Virus record (IMG/VR): IMGVR_UViG_2926558313_000004
Span: 32,001-96,000 of that record
DNA: 64,000 bases
Source: a virus
Taxonomy: Duplodnaviria; Caudoviricetes
Reading direction: 5' to 3' (one strand)
This document shows positions 1-12,251 of the stretch, one piece after another. The stretch's first letter is position 1; each line of letters opens with the position of its first letter. Both the position numbers and the translations under genes were made by a program. The notes under the pieces were generated by a model, which saw only the letters and a list, made by a program, of their open reading frames with translations, was not told where the DNA came from and did not search any database.

Positions 1-187
1 AATAAATTTCTTCAGCCCAATGCTCGATGGAATACTCTGTAACTTGATTTGGATACTTCTTTATTAAAGTTATCAAACTTGAATCGTAAACCATTTTCTC
101 AGCCTGTCGTTTAGGCACACCGAACATTTCTTGAATATCTAATACAACACAATCTATAAACTTGCTTACGCTTTCTTGTTGCTTCAT
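1..187 (-). CDS. Hypothetical protein, 3' end runs off the window (MKQESVSKFIDCVVLDIQEMFG...)
   Basis: ATG at 187-185 overlaps the stop of the upstream HD gene; frame open to the window edge. Confidence 0.6.
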   Translation of the reverse strand, partial: MKQQESVSKFIDCVVLDIQEMFGVPKRQAEKMVYDSSLITLIKKYPNQVTEYSIEHWAEEIY

Positions 188-738
188 AACATCAATTTTT
201 CAATTTCATATTTAAACATTGACTTCACAATATCAATTTCCATTTCGCAAAACCAATCTCTAGGAGCCACATAATCTTCATTATCCAAAATTAATTCCTC
301 AATCCATCCATCTACGTTATTCGTTAAATATTTACCCTCATAATACAATACCAAATTATCTATGTATTTTATAATTAACTTTTCATCTTCGGTTGGTGGT
401 TCCAGCCCTACAAATTCATACATTTTATTTTGTACTTTATGTTCAATCGCCTTATAATCCGGAAGAAGCGCTTTTAGAGGACGTGGAATATCAACAATAT
501 ATGCTTCGCTAAAATCATGCGATAGTGCGTACAATTCAATTTTCTTACTACACCCTAGCTCTCTCGCTACTAGTGCACAAATCATTGAATGCTGCGCCAC
601 TGAAAAATGAATAGGCAGGTGATTACCAAACCTACATGCTTTTGCTAATGAATGCACAATATCTTCTAAACAAATTTCTTCTAAACTGGGATTTAGGGGA
701 TGAAACTTCTTACCGCTGTATGTCTCCATCCAAGTCAT
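184..738 (-). CDS. HD-domain phosphohydrolase (YfbR/YfdR-like 5'-deoxynucleotidase)
   Basis: Motifs CRFGNH, FSVAQHS, ALSHDFSEAY, DIPRPLK. Confidence 0.85.
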   Translation of the reverse strand: MTWMETYSGKKFHPLNPSLEEICLEDIVHSLAKACRFGNHLPIHFSVAQHSMICALVARELGCSKKIELYALSHDFSEAYIVDIPRPLKALLPDYKAIEHKVQNKMYEFVGLEPPTEDEKLIIKYIDNLVLYYEGKYLTNNVDGWIEELILDNEDYVAPRDWFCEMEIDIVKSMFKYEIEKLML

Positions 739-917
739 ATTATCATCTCGTTTCTATATTAGTGTTTCTTCGTTTCTCTTTTTTGTATACTGAATAAGAG
801 CAATTATCAAGCAACCCAATATCAGCGTTATAAAACTTTCTATAATGGTGATTAAATTTAACTGTCACAATAGCATATTTTATGTATTCTATTATATTAT
901 TTTTAATTTGTTTATAC

Positions 918-1475
918 TTACTTAATTTCATACGGTCTTACTCCCTTTGCTACATCACTGTAAATTTGATCTACGTGAATGGGAGTATAATTAATATTTT
1001 CTACGCTAACACAGTAATGTAGATCCTTATCTAAGCCTTGTACTTGCTCATGAACATGTCCATGAGCGTTTGCAATAATATCAGTATTATTGTATAAGCT
1101 TCTCAGGGGTGTAATCTGCTGAGGATAATGACTCAATAGCAGTTCTTCAAATACATAATAATTGTATGGCTCAAATCCTAATTTACGATACTTTGTATTA
1201 CTACTTTTATCATGATTACCTTTTATTAGAGTCTTGCGCCCGTTCAATCTATCACTTATGTATTTCATTTTCTGTGCACCACAGAAGAAAACGTCGCCTA
1301 GGTGAAAGATTAAGTCATTAGGCTTGACCACTTTATTCCAATTTTCAATAAGAATCTCATTCATTTCGTCAGCATCCTTAAATGGACGTGAAGAGAATTC
1401 AATTATTCGTGAATGATCCCAATGTGTATCGCTAATTAACCAAATGTCCTGAAAACCAATCATATAACACCTCAC
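918..1475 (-). CDS. Calcineurin-like metallophosphoesterase
   Basis: SDTH, HLGD, GNHD, SHYP, HGHVH motifs. Confidence 0.9.
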   Translation of the reverse strand: MRCYMIGFQDIWLISDTHWDHSRIIEFSSRPFKDADEMNEILIENWNKVVKPNDLIFHLGDVFFCGAQKMKYISDRLNGRKTLIKGNHDKSSNTKYRKLGFEPYNYYVFEELLLSHYPQQITPLRSLYNNTDIIANAHGHVHEQVQGLDKDLHYCVSVENINYTPIHVDQIYSDVAKGVRPYEIK

Positions 1476-1511
1476 AATTTATTTATAACACCTCATATTT
1501 ATGAATAGTAT

Positions 1512-1682
1512 CTAATAATACTTGTTACTACGTCTTCCCTTAATCATAATAAATTTCAAACGCGTTCGTATCTGATAATATCTCAAAATTGCTTTTTGCC
1601 ACGGATTTAACTCAAGACCACTATATTTTTCAATAAAATAAAATATGTTATTTTTACATTTAATTAATTCCTCTTCATTCAT
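1512..1682 (-). CDS. Small protein resembling a terminase large-subunit N-terminal segment
   Basis: EELIKCKNNIFYFIEKY..LELNPWQKAILR; RBS AAAGGA precedes ATG at 1682. Confidence 0.5.
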   Translation of the reverse strand: MNEEELIKCKNNIFYFIEKYSGLELNPWQKAILRYYQIRTRLKFIMIKGRRSNKYY

Positions 1683-2360
1683 GTGATTTTCCTTTCTGTA
1701 TTTTTCTATGCTCATCCTTCAAAATGATGCTTTTATTTCACTACACTCAAAATTAACTGCTTAACTTTATCAAATTCACTATCCTTTATTAAAATTTTGT
1801 CATCTGGATTAGTAGCAAAAAACCCAATTGTCACGTAAACGTACTCTCTCACACACTCATCGAAATCCTCCTCGAATTCAATGACTTCTTTCCACTCTGT
1901 CCACTCTAGAACAACGTTTGCAGTGAATTTAAATTGTTTTAAATCACTTGTTTTCACGTTAGGAAGCTTTTGATTGCAACAGTGACAGTAGGCTTTAAGT
2001 GTTTTATATTCCAGTATTACGAAGTTACTCTCTTTTTTCACAATATTCACACCTTAATATAATTTTTATTTTCACCCTTTACTTATTTTTCTTTGAAATT
2101 TTAACTACATAATCCTTTTGTGAGAATACTTCAATGATATTATTGCGTCGTTTAAGCATGTCTTCCATAGTTTCATAAAACCTAAGTTGTGTTTTCTTTC
2201 CAGTTAAACTTAACATGAAATAACCTTCCAGTTGCGAATGGCAAACCATATAAAAATTATGCTCCCTATGACCACCTGAGCCAAATTGAATGATATCCCC
2301 AACTTTTATATTATTTAATTTACTGTTATCTACTGTAACATTCATTTGCAAATTCTCCTT

Positions 2361-2555
2361 TTATTTTAATTTATTTTTACTCATATCAAATACACATCGA
2401 ATAAATTCATCTTCTGATATTTCTCCCTCTATTACCTTTCGGATCAATCCTTCTTCGGCTTGGTTGAGCTTTTTACCTTCAATTTCTAAAGATGCTATGG
2501 CATTGCGAAATGAGTATGCTTGCTTATCCTCTTTATGCTTTTTGAATACAATCAA
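2361..2555 (-). CDS. VbhA-family (Fic) antitoxin-like protein, orphan
   Basis: NAIASLEIEG carries the (S/T)xxxE(G/N) inhibitory motif; C-terminal GEISEDEF. Confidence 0.7.
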   Translation of the reverse strand: MIVFKKHKEDKQAYSFRNAIASLEIEGKKLNQAEEGLIRKVIEGEISEDEFIRCVFDMSKNKLK

Positions 2556-2937
2556 CCCCTATATCATTCTTCTTATTAATTTATTTAACTTCACTCTCTT
2601 TTTAAAATAAGCGATTTCTTCTTCGGTAGAGCTATAATTAATTTATTTCTTTTATTTAGATTTCTTCAAACTTAACTTCATTCACCTGCTCCACTGGTGT
2701 CATCTCTGTGATAGTAGTACTTCTAACAAATAATTCAATTGTCTCATAAAATTCCGATTCTACATTATATGTAACCAAATTTAAAATTGCATATCCTCGA
2801 TCCCTATCATAAATAACTGTATGTAACTCTTCATGTGAATTAATCAGAAAACAACCTTCTCTAAAAAGATCTTTATTCGTTGAGTCATTTCTCAAGATTG
2901 AATATTTCATTTGTAACAACTCCTTAAAACTCTTCTT

Positions 2938-3111
2938 TTATTCAATGAATACTTCTGGAAATAGCTCTTTAACTGACACCTTCGTTGATGCGCCATCATC
3001 ATCCGTTATATAAATACCAGTCTCCCCTTTTGGAACATTAGTTTTTACTTTTATTCCATAGGACTCTGCAGATTTCAACATATCTTCCTTGATAATTTTA
3101 AAATCATTCAT
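2938..3111 (-). CDS. Hypothetical 57-aa protein not in the ORF track (MNDFKIIKEDMLKSAESYG...)
   Basis: Open frame with RBS GAAGGGA; flanked on both sides by junction palindromes (2925-2940, 3128-3143). Confidence 0.65.
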   Translation of the reverse strand: MNDFKIIKEDMLKSAESYGIKVKTNVPKGETGIYITDDDGASTKVSVKELFPEVFIE

Positions 3112-6100
3112 ATGAATTATTCCCTTCTCAAATACTCCTTTTAAATTGAGTCTAAATCAAAGTCTGCATATTCACCAATCAACTTCCCATTTAAATAAAG
3201 TTCTGTTGTAAATAACATCTGTTTAAGTTGAATATCATTTTCTCCTTTTATGACTACTAACTCGAAGTTAGAAGGTTTGTCACTAATTGAAACTCCATTT
3301 ACTCTCAACGTTTGAATAAACCATTTATCTTTTGAATTTAATTCTGCTGTCATTTAATCACCACTCCATTCTCCATATACACCAATTTCTTCTCCCGCTG
3401 ATCCTTTTGCCACGCTGATTGATTTGTGTATTCTGGCTTAATTGGCTGCGCTTTTTCATATTGTGAATGTCCGACTTCTAAGTGATTAAAACTTAATTTA
3501 TTTTCTTTTGTTTTACGATACCACAGTGTTACTGGCTCCATTGGTCATCACTCTCCTTATTCAAATTGATTAAAGCGTTTGATAAAGAATGGATGTTTTT
3601 CCTTCATCATTTTTTCTTTTTCAAATTTTATAATCAAAGGTTTCCATTCTTTAAAATAAGCAAATAAAAACACAGCAATACCAATGACTAAGAATATTGG
3701 TGATACTACATATTTCATAAATGTTAAATCTAATAATGGTTCGTCATATAATCTAACTGTCAAGATTAAAAATGAAATTATTGACATTAGAAATCCCGCT
3801 CCGACTATTTTCAATAATGCTTTTTTTAGAACGATCATATCTCGAATAAATTTACTCATTTCCAACCCCCGCTCAATTAAAAAATATATTTTAATCAACT
3901 TTATTTTCAATTTACAAGAATACGCAATTCTTCCAGACTCATCTGATTCACTTTCTTATGCGCTTGCTCAAGCATCTCTTTCATTTCTTTCTTATAAGAA
4001 ACATTCTTTTCATATTCTTCTTTAGATAACCACAAACGATATGAACATCCGTCTGGAATTCCATATTGAACTTGGTGTGTCTTTTGATCAACTTTATAAC
4101 GCACTTTAGACTTTTCATAATACCAAATATATGCGCTCGTTTTATTCGCTTCTAATACGATCATTTCTTCAAGTTTCTGCTCGTGATCAATATCTCCCCA
4201 AAATTTACTCACTGTTTCGAGCCATACTTTTTGTCCAACCTGTAGAGGTACTTTTTTAGACATTTTGTATTATCCTTTCTCAATTATTTGAATGTTGCTT
4301 TTTAATTCTCTTACCATAAAACTTCACAAAGTCCTCAACGCTCATTTTTTGCGTTACGAGTTTACCACCCATATATAACTCTTCAAAGTCAATATAAATT
4401 TCCCCATTCTGAATATATGGTAAGGTTTGAGCGACTATTTCATCTTGACAATCTACCTCCTCCAAGATCAAATCATATAAAGTAGATAACATTACTTTTA
4501 TAGTCTCATCATATTTTTCTAGCAGATCATTTATATCTTTTGTGACTTCTTGAATATTCAATAATATCCCTCCAAAGTTTCACAGATTATTTTATTTGTG
4601 GAATAACCTTGTCTAAAACTTTCTGTAGCACCTTATCAAGATAATCCAGCAAATCCTCTAATTTATATGCGGCTATTGTTAGCAGAAATAAAGGCAGCCA
4701 TATGGGACTCGTTAGTATCAAAACAAACAATCTCACTTTAAGCATAAGTCTATGTGATTTTTCCGTATAAAATCTACTTACACCTTTTAGATCGTGCCTA
4801 CTCCTCATTCCTTCAATTCACCTCATTTCAATTTTAATTTTTTTAATAAATAATCACCAAAACTTCCACCATTTTTTATTGTGAGTTTTAACTTGAGATA
4901 TTTCATTATGCTTTTCATGACGCATCATAGAAATAAATTCATCAATAGCATCTTCTTTCGCATTTAAATTTATTTCTTTAATTATTTTGTCTGTATGATA
5001 TGTAATTGTATTATCTAGTCCGTACATAACATCTTCAATAACCACCTCATCATTATTAATGTTAACTTTGTTTCCCTTTCTAAATTTAATGGTCATATCC
5101 TCTTCATGAAAAACTAACCTTCCTTTTAACCTGTAGTATTCCATAGGAAACTTCATTGTAGATCCCACTGGTCTAGAAATGTTAAGATATTCTTCACGAA
5201 GTCCAAAATCATCAGTTGTAAACGTCGCTCTATTTCCCATCATCCATTTATTCTCAATTACTTTACCTGTAAAATATGATTTTATTTTAAATACACCTCA
5301 ATTCAGATTCTAATAAAACAGGCATTTTACACAATAACTAAAAGTTTTTTCAGATTTTAAAATCATCAACAATACCTATTCTCGAACTCCCTGACATCAT
5401 TGAAAATTCTTTTCCATGATGGTGACGTTGGCTCAAAACATTTCTCTAGTCGTCTAACATTACTTTCTTGCCTTCTTAGCTCATCTTTCGCTGGTATTAA
5501 ATCGCCAAACGAGGCATTTAAAATAGCTGTGATACAATTTGCTTCATGTTCATTTAATTCTTGCTTGTTATTAAATTTTTCTATTGCACGATGTGCCAAA
5601 TTATAATCAACATTCACTTTCATATTAGATCCTCCTCAATGAACATTTAGTCAGAATATTGATCAATCTTCGTGATATTCGTATGCTCGTTGTACTTCAT
5701 CGAACTCTTCTTTTGGCAATACATCTTTAGCAACCTGACACCAATAACCTAAATCCTGTGCTGCTTCAATTAATTCATTAATTGCTTGCTCTTGTGAGAT
5801 TCTTTTCTCATCAATAAACAACTCGCCCTCTGTGTTTTTTGTTAGCATATGTGCTCCTTTTTTATGTAAACATACTTTTACTTCTTCCATTTTCAATTCC
5901 TCCTAATTTAATATAATTTAATTAATTTTATTTACTGGTTAATAACTTTCTTTGAATTCAGATTACCACAATGCGTCTTTTGTTTCAATAGTTATTTTTA
6001 TTTTATTTATTAAATTCACTTTAAATCACTATGTCGTATTTTAGATAGTACTATGATACAGCTTAAGAAATAACTCTTCATTAATTTTAATGACCTCTTC

Positions 6101-8393
6101 ATTTTCACTGCCACATTTCGTTTGAATAATATCAATTACATTTAAGCCATGTATTCTAAACATAATACTTTCATCAATGTTATAAACCTTTTCGTGAGTT
6201 GGGGTGAAAGGATTTTCCCAATGCAATCTCTCTTCCCAATTTGGATTTTTATATGCGAATAAGCACTCATACATCTCATGCAATTGATCATCAGTTAAGA
6301 CTACTGAATTAGATTCCTGGGTTTTATAGAAAGTCTGAGTTATTTTTAGTGTTTCGTTCTCACTGCTCATTATCAATCTCTGATTCTTATTATCCTTTAT
6401 CGTTAACAACCTTTCCACCCCAATTCAGCTCACTCATATTATTGACATTGATTTTTATTATATCATAGTCCACTTGGTTGTAGATAATGGCGACAACAAC
6501 CATTTTCTTTATGTATTAGATTGTATTTATTCATTGTTTCAACTTTCTTCTCTGCCTCTTCAAGTGTTAGCCCCGTTTCCACTGTCCACCAATAATCCGC
6601 AAATGGACATGTAAAAACAATTTCATATAAGTCATTATTCATTTAGAATCTCCTTAAAGGAAAAATTATTCGCTTTCATAATTTAAAGTAATCCCTATGC
6701 CATCTGTTTTAGCTTTATCAATGAACTTGAAAGTCCCATCTTTAAAATAAATGTTAACTCCATTTTTATAATTCTCTACTTTATTAATGCTATCAGGCGT
6801 TATTGTTATAATATCAACTTCATCTTCACTGAGAACCCTATGGGTTCCGTCTTTATTATAAATTCTCACCATATTTTTCACCTTCGCCCTTCATATAATG
6901 GAAAATTTATCTATTTTAGTTGCTTAAAATGTTTCGCTACCAATCGAAAAGATTTATATAATTCAATTTCTTCTGGAGTTGCTTCTCTTATTTCTTCTAC
7001 TCCGTTAAACCGATAATCACTTTCTACAATATATCCATTTCTGATCCATCTATCTTTATCTCCTAAAATATTCGCCAGCTCTGCTTCGATAATACTGCCG
7101 ATATTCCATGAGTTAATTTTTGCTTTCGACCACAGCGAGACACTTGTTTCAAATTCCGCCATTCATCTTACCCCTTTCACAATTTAATATTATAATTAAA
7201 CTTTACTTGTTTTCATTTAAAAGAAAGATTTCAATTAATCTTCATCCTCAGTTAACTTTTTATATGTATCATTCAGTAGCTCATATAACCCACCATCTTG
7301 TTGCATACTACTACTAACTTCTTCCCTATCAATGATCCTTAATTTAATTAAAATTGTTAGTGACGCTGCTAAACAGTCCTTTAACTCATCTTTCTCCATT
7401 AGTTTACTTCCCCTTTCTATTTTATTTAATATAATTTCCACCAAAAATCAAATATCTTGTTAGTCATATTACCTTTAAGAGAGATGTCTCCCTTATATCT
7501 TCTTATCTTTCTGTGCGATTGTTTTTTAAAGTGTCTACTTCGCTTTCCACGATAGGATCTTTGTTTCCACCCTTCTCTGTTATTAACATTCATCCATGAA
7601 ATTTCACTTAACTTTTTAAGTCTCTCTTTTTCTTTTTTCTTATAATCCCGTTTATGCAATCTCTTTTTCTTTTTACGTTTGGACTTTGAATTATCAATAT
7701 GTAAAAACTCCATCTTTTCCATCAGTGCCTGTATGTACATTTTATAATAGGCATCTTCACTACCCATAGACATCTCATTCACAATTAAGCCTGTCCCAAA
7801 ATCAAAATCCTCTCCTTCCAATTCTGCGTAGGCTAGAAGATCATTCAGTTGGTCGATGTAATCTTGTTTAGTTATTAATTCTTTATTGTTGTAAGTCACC
7901 AATACCACCCCGAAAATTAATAATGATTATTTTATTTTTTTAATTGTTATTTTCAACTTCCCTTCTTCAATTTCAATTTTTTCATAAGTGTTATTATAAT
8001 CATCTTCTTCGCTCCAAGGTGGATAGATTAATTTAATTCTACTCTCCACTTCATTCAATAAATCAATACAAACAATGTCGCTATGATTTAAAATTCTTCC
8101 TAAAATATTTGGTCTGTCTTCAACTTTATTGCTCATGGGATTACTAACAAACATACCTAATGGCTCATCATAATCAAAAGGATTATACACAAGATCGGAT
8201 TCTTCTTGGTATAGCACTTCCAACTCAACACCTTCGGCAAGATAGGCATTCTCTTCATAAAAATCATTAGTGAATGGTTTTAAATCTCCATATTCAAATT
8301 TTAAAATACGTTCAACAGGAATTATGATTGACTCACAATTTTCAAAGATTAATTCAATATATTTAACTTCCACTAACTAATCTCTCCTTTTTA

Positions 8394-8750
8394 TTAATTA
8401 TATAATTTTAATTCTTTAATCCAATCAGGTAGCATATTCGAAGTCATAATTCCATAGTTAACACATGTTAGCGTGTCCGGCTTTAATTGAGTTAACCCAT
8501 TATCTCTAATTACACAATAATTACCTGTTTGCTCAAGCTCCTCTAGTCTCCATTGTGGACATTTGAGAATTATTTTCTTCTGGGCAATCATGTAATCCTC
8601 AAGCGGTTCAATCTTCTTCCCTTCTTGTAATGGTTTGATAGCGTTATAGTAAAGATGACTCATTACTGCATGACCGACTTGCCCTGCTAGCTTACCCTTA
8701 CCAATCTTGATGTTTTCATTAACTAAAATATACATTCTATAATCGTTCAT
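8394..8750 (-). CDS. Peptidyl-tRNA hydrolase, Pth2 family
   Basis: GKGKLAGQVGHA, QKKIILK, IRDNGLTQ..PDTLTC motifs. Confidence 0.85.
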   Translation of the reverse strand: MNDYRMYILVNENIKIGKGKLAGQVGHAVMSHLYYNAIKPLQEGKKIEPLEDYMIAQKKIILKCPQWRLEELEQTGNYCVIRDNGLTQLKPDTLTCVNYGIMTSNMLPDWIKELKLYN

Positions 8751-9838
8751 TCTTTACTTCCTCTCTTCAACTTTTTAAAAGTCTTTTCATTTATTTAATC
8801 ATCCCAAAATTTATTTCCTTTAATGATGTGCTCCACAATAATTTTCACAATAATCGGAAACCAAAACAAGGTCACAAATGAGTAAACAGTTGCTAATATT
8901 TTTTTATCCCCAATCAATTTCACTAATAAATTCAAACTATCCAAGAGGTTTGATTCGAGTTTATCTAATTCTTTGCCATTCTCATACTTAATTATAGTGT
9001 GATCCATTACTTTTACTATACATTCTGACATTACAATCCCAAAGAAAAAATATCCACCATATATAATACTGATCATGTGACAACCTCCTCCGTATTCATC
9101 TATATAGGGTATTCATTCTAATTAAGAATTATTAATAGTTGTAAGGAATGGTCGCATTTAAAGAAAATAGTGAATAACAGAAACATTTTTTAATTTTCTA
9201 TCCCTTACTTCTCCTTTCATTAAAAGACCGTTTTTAATTAAATATATTCCCCTGCCGTATAGTTTTCAACGATTCCTTTCTCAGTCAAATCCAACATAAT
9301 TTTTTCAACTTTGTCTTTTACCGTCAGAGCGAATTTAAAATTTGGGTCTTGTGATAAGTAATATTGATAATCATAAGGTTGTAAAAAGTTTTCATCTAAT
9401 ACGTCAATTTTAAAACTACTATCTTCTTTTTTAACTGTGAGATTGAATGTAATATCCTCTTCAACTGTTTTACAATAATGCCAATATCCTTTTCTATACT
9501 CTGTGAAGGACAATTCTCTCATTTGCATATCATTTAATATGTTTACTTTCATAATTTTACTCTCCTTTAGAAAATTATTTAAATTGTAATTCCCCTTTAA
9601 AATAATTGGATAAAGCTTCATGAATATCAATACAGCTTACTTCTCTGCTCTTTTGTTCTACTTTTAAATTACCTGTTATCATTTGTTCATCATCATAAAG
9701 AATTTTAAAGTTAACCATATCTCTATATTTACCAGTAACATCACATAAAACAGTATTCACCTGATTGATAGTAATATAACCTTTCATATTCCCTCCTATG
9801 ATTTTTTTGATTAAAATGAGAATATTATATTATTTAAT

Positions 9839-10140
9839 TTATTTCTTTACTTCTTCTCTGTTTACTTCTATTCTCCACGCTTTATTCAGATCGCTAAAAT
9901 TTCTAGTGATCATTTCTCCAAATATAAGATGTCTGTCGCTCCACCCCTTATTAACTTCATTATGTAACTGTTCTTTGATAACTGTGGCATCATTATAACC
10001 TTTATGTAAATTCGCTTTAGGATTCCATTCTTTATACCAATACCTTAATTCAGAAAGAGAATTTTTATTCCCTATACGTTCTAATGCATCACATAACAAT
10101 TTTTTAAGCGCTCTTTCTTTTCTAGTCAAACCAATCATGT
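9839..10140 (-). CDS. Hypothetical protein, start uncertain
   Basis: The ORF-track start (10246) lies inside the IS right end; the body after MIGLTRKE is plausible coding sequence. Confidence 0.5.
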
Positions 10141-10210
10141 TTATTTTATTTTTATTATTTATTTTATTTAAATTCTTTTTCTGTTTTTCAGTTAAATTAA
10201 ACTCTTTAGA

Positions 10211-10400
10211 TGTAGGAGAGATTACATTATTTGAACTACTCACCACTTAACACCCTTCGGGTTGTTTGAAGTGGGAGATTCTTGGGAATAGAGCGTACTT
10301 GTTAGCGTATTTCTTTGCCAACAGAGGTTTCTCTTATTGACCAAGCTATCCCCGTAGATTCCTACGGTTCTATATTTTTTGTTTAAGCCAAAACTAAGGC
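10211..10400 (-). ncRNA. TnpB omegaRNA/reRNA scaffold plus flank-derived guide
   Basis: Structured sequence between the tnpB stop and the right end; guide predicted as ATAATGTAATCTCTCC (10230-10215). Boundaries approximate. Confidence 0.7.
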
Positions 10401-11525
10401 TCTTAAACCTTCGGCTAGGATATTTTTGCTGGCATTTATATCTCTATCGTGATGTTCGTGGCAAACAGGACAAGTCCAATCCCTTATTTCAAGAGATTTC
10501 TTGCCATCTTGATGTCCACAATCGGAACATATTTGACTAGACGGAAACCATCTGCTTATTTTCACGATTGTTTTACCATACCATTTCGCTTTGTATTCTA
10601 ATTTAGTTACAAAGGCAGACCATGATACATCAGAGATTGATTTTGCTAACTTATGATTGCGTAACATTCCTTTGGTGTTCAAGTCTTCGATACAGACAAT
10701 ATCGTGGTTTTTGATGATTTCTGTACTTAACTTGTTAAGAAAATCGTCACGTTGGTTCATTACTCTCTCATGCAATCTAGCAACTTTACGCTTTTGTTTC
10801 TGATAGTTTTTTGCATCAAGAAGGTTAATACCATTGTTTTTAGCATTTAACGCACGTCTTGAGAGTTTTCGCTGTTCACGTTTTAGTTTCTTTTCCATTT
10901 TTGATGTGAATTTCTTATTATCAATCTTGCGACCATCAGAAAGAATGGCAAAGTCAGTAATGCCTAAGTCTATACCAATAGATGATTCAGTTTTCTCCAA
11001 TGGCTGTACTTCTATTTCTGCAAGAATGGATACAAAGTATTTACCACTAGGATTTCGTCTAACAGTAGCATTAAGGAGACGACCATGTACTTCACGACTT
11101 TTGGCAAAGCGAACAAGACCAAGTTTCGGCAATTTGATTTTGCTGGCTACAATGGCAATGTTATTGTTTGTTCCTTTAGTCGTGTAGGATTGTACTTTAT
11201 TCTTTTTAGACTTGAAGCGCGGTGCTTTATTTTGTTTCTTGAAGAATCGAGTATACGAATCAGCAAGGTTTTTCAGTGATGATTGAAGGGCAATGCTATC
11301 AACTTCTTTTAACCATACTAATTCTTTTTTTAATTGTGTTAACTGAGCAGAACAAGAATTATAAGTTAATCCTTTGCCAGTTTCTTTGTATGTATCGTTC
11401 CATTGACCTAAAAAGCGATTAAATACAAAACGACTACATCCTATTGTTTTAGCAATTAAGATTTCCTGTTCTTTGGTTGGATAGATACGGAATTTGTACG
11501 CTTTGTTGACTAACATTGTTTCCAC
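10383..11525 (-). CDS. tnpB: RNA-guided endonuclease TnpB
   Basis: KAYKFRIYP HTH; RuvC D (GIDLG), E (IEDL), D (DRDINA); Zn finger CSDC...CPVC. Confidence 0.97.
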   Translation of the reverse strand: METMLVNKAYKFRIYPTKEQEILIAKTIGCSRFVFNRFLGQWNDTYKETGKGLTYNSCSAQLTQLKKELVWLKEVDSIALQSSLKNLADSYTRFFKKQNKAPRFKSKKNKVQSYTTKGTNNNIAIVASKIKLPKLGLVRFAKSREVHGRLLNATVRRNPSGKYFVSILAEIEVQPLEKTESSIGIDLGITDFAILSDGRKIDNKKFTSKMEKKLKREQRKLSRRALNAKNNGINLLDAKNYQKQKRKVARLHERVMNQRDDFLNKLSTEIIKNHDIVCIEDLNTKGMLRNHKLAKSISDVSWSAFVTKLEYKAKWYGKTIVKISRWFPSSQICSDCGHQDGKKSLEIRDWTCPVCHEHHDRDINASKNILAEGLRALVLA

Positions 11526-11526
11526 C

Positions 11527-11925
11527 TCACTTTAGACCTTGATTTTCAATGTACTTTTTAACTACGTTGATTGGAGATCCACCAGTAGTTAGTAAGCAAA
11601 AACTTCTCGACCAAAACATTTCTTTCCATAGCTTTTTTCTTATTTGTGGGAAGTCACGTTTTATCAGACGAGAACTTGCACTTTTATAAGCATTTATGAA
11701 CTTTGACAATTCTGTATTAGGGTGTGCTTTGAACAAGATGTGAACATGGTCTTTATCATGATTCCATTCGACTAGGGAGATATTATATTTCTCGCCTAGC
11801 TTTACAAACATATCCTCAGCATAGTCAGATACTTTATCATCAAAGACTTCTCTACGATATTTTACAACTAGTACAAGATGGTAATACATTAAGAATACTG
11901 AATGATTATTACTGTCCAATTTCAT
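11527..11925 (-). CDS. tnpA: Y1 HUH transposase TnpA
   Basis: YHLVLVVKYRR, DHVH (HUH), FWSRSF, YIENQ catalytic Tyr. Confidence 0.97.
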   Translation of the reverse strand: MKLDSNNHSVFLMYYHLVLVVKYRREVFDDKVSDYAEDMFVKLGEKYNISLVEWNHDKDHVHILFKAHPNTELSKFINAYKSASSRLIKRDFPQIRKKLWKEMFWSRSFCLLTTGGSPINVVKKYIENQGLK

Positions 11926-12117
11926 TACAATATCAGCCTTTCTCTTATATAAGACTGATTATATCAATAAGGTATGAAGTGGGCAACAAAAAGCCTTTAG
12001 GCTATCGCCTAACCGACATTCATCTCCCCCTTATCGTTGGGCTTCGCCCTTCACACGATTGAAGAGGGAGTCTTCTGTCGGAATACAGATAAAATAATTC
12101 CTTTGTTCTTTTTGATT

Positions 12118-12166
12118 AAAAAGACAGGCCTTAGTTTGTCTAATTTAACGAAATGCCTGTCTTTTT
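12118..12166. terminator. 12-bp inverted repeat, probable bidirectional terminator
   Basis: AAAAAGACAGGC-N25-GCCTGTCTTTTT. Confidence 0.5.
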
Positions 12167-12251
12167 AGGGTTCACAAGGGTTTATACTTTGCAATGAGAA
12201 CTTTTCTTGTTATACTTGCTCTTGGGTATAAATTTAGAGACTACTGTTGGC

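Larger units (their letters stand above)
1733..9787 (-). other. Array of about 25 small co-oriented hypothetical phage genes (accessory region I)
   Basis: Dense 55-160 aa minus-strand ORFs, most with GGAG/GAGG RBSs, many separated by TAAAA-N6-TTTTA elements. Confidence 0.8.
10231..12088 (-). mobile_element. IS200/IS605-family insertion sequence (tnpA+tnpB)
   Basis: Tandem tnpA/tnpB; related subterminal hairpins (about 10245-10285 and 12020-12080); right end finishes TTCAA at 10231; left end preceded by TTTAT (12093-12089, minus strand). Confidence 0.85.

Noticed and set aside
10141-10246. N-terminal part of ORF 9839-10246
   Set aside because: The start lies within the IS right end and the extension crosses low-complexity AT sequence; probably not the real start.
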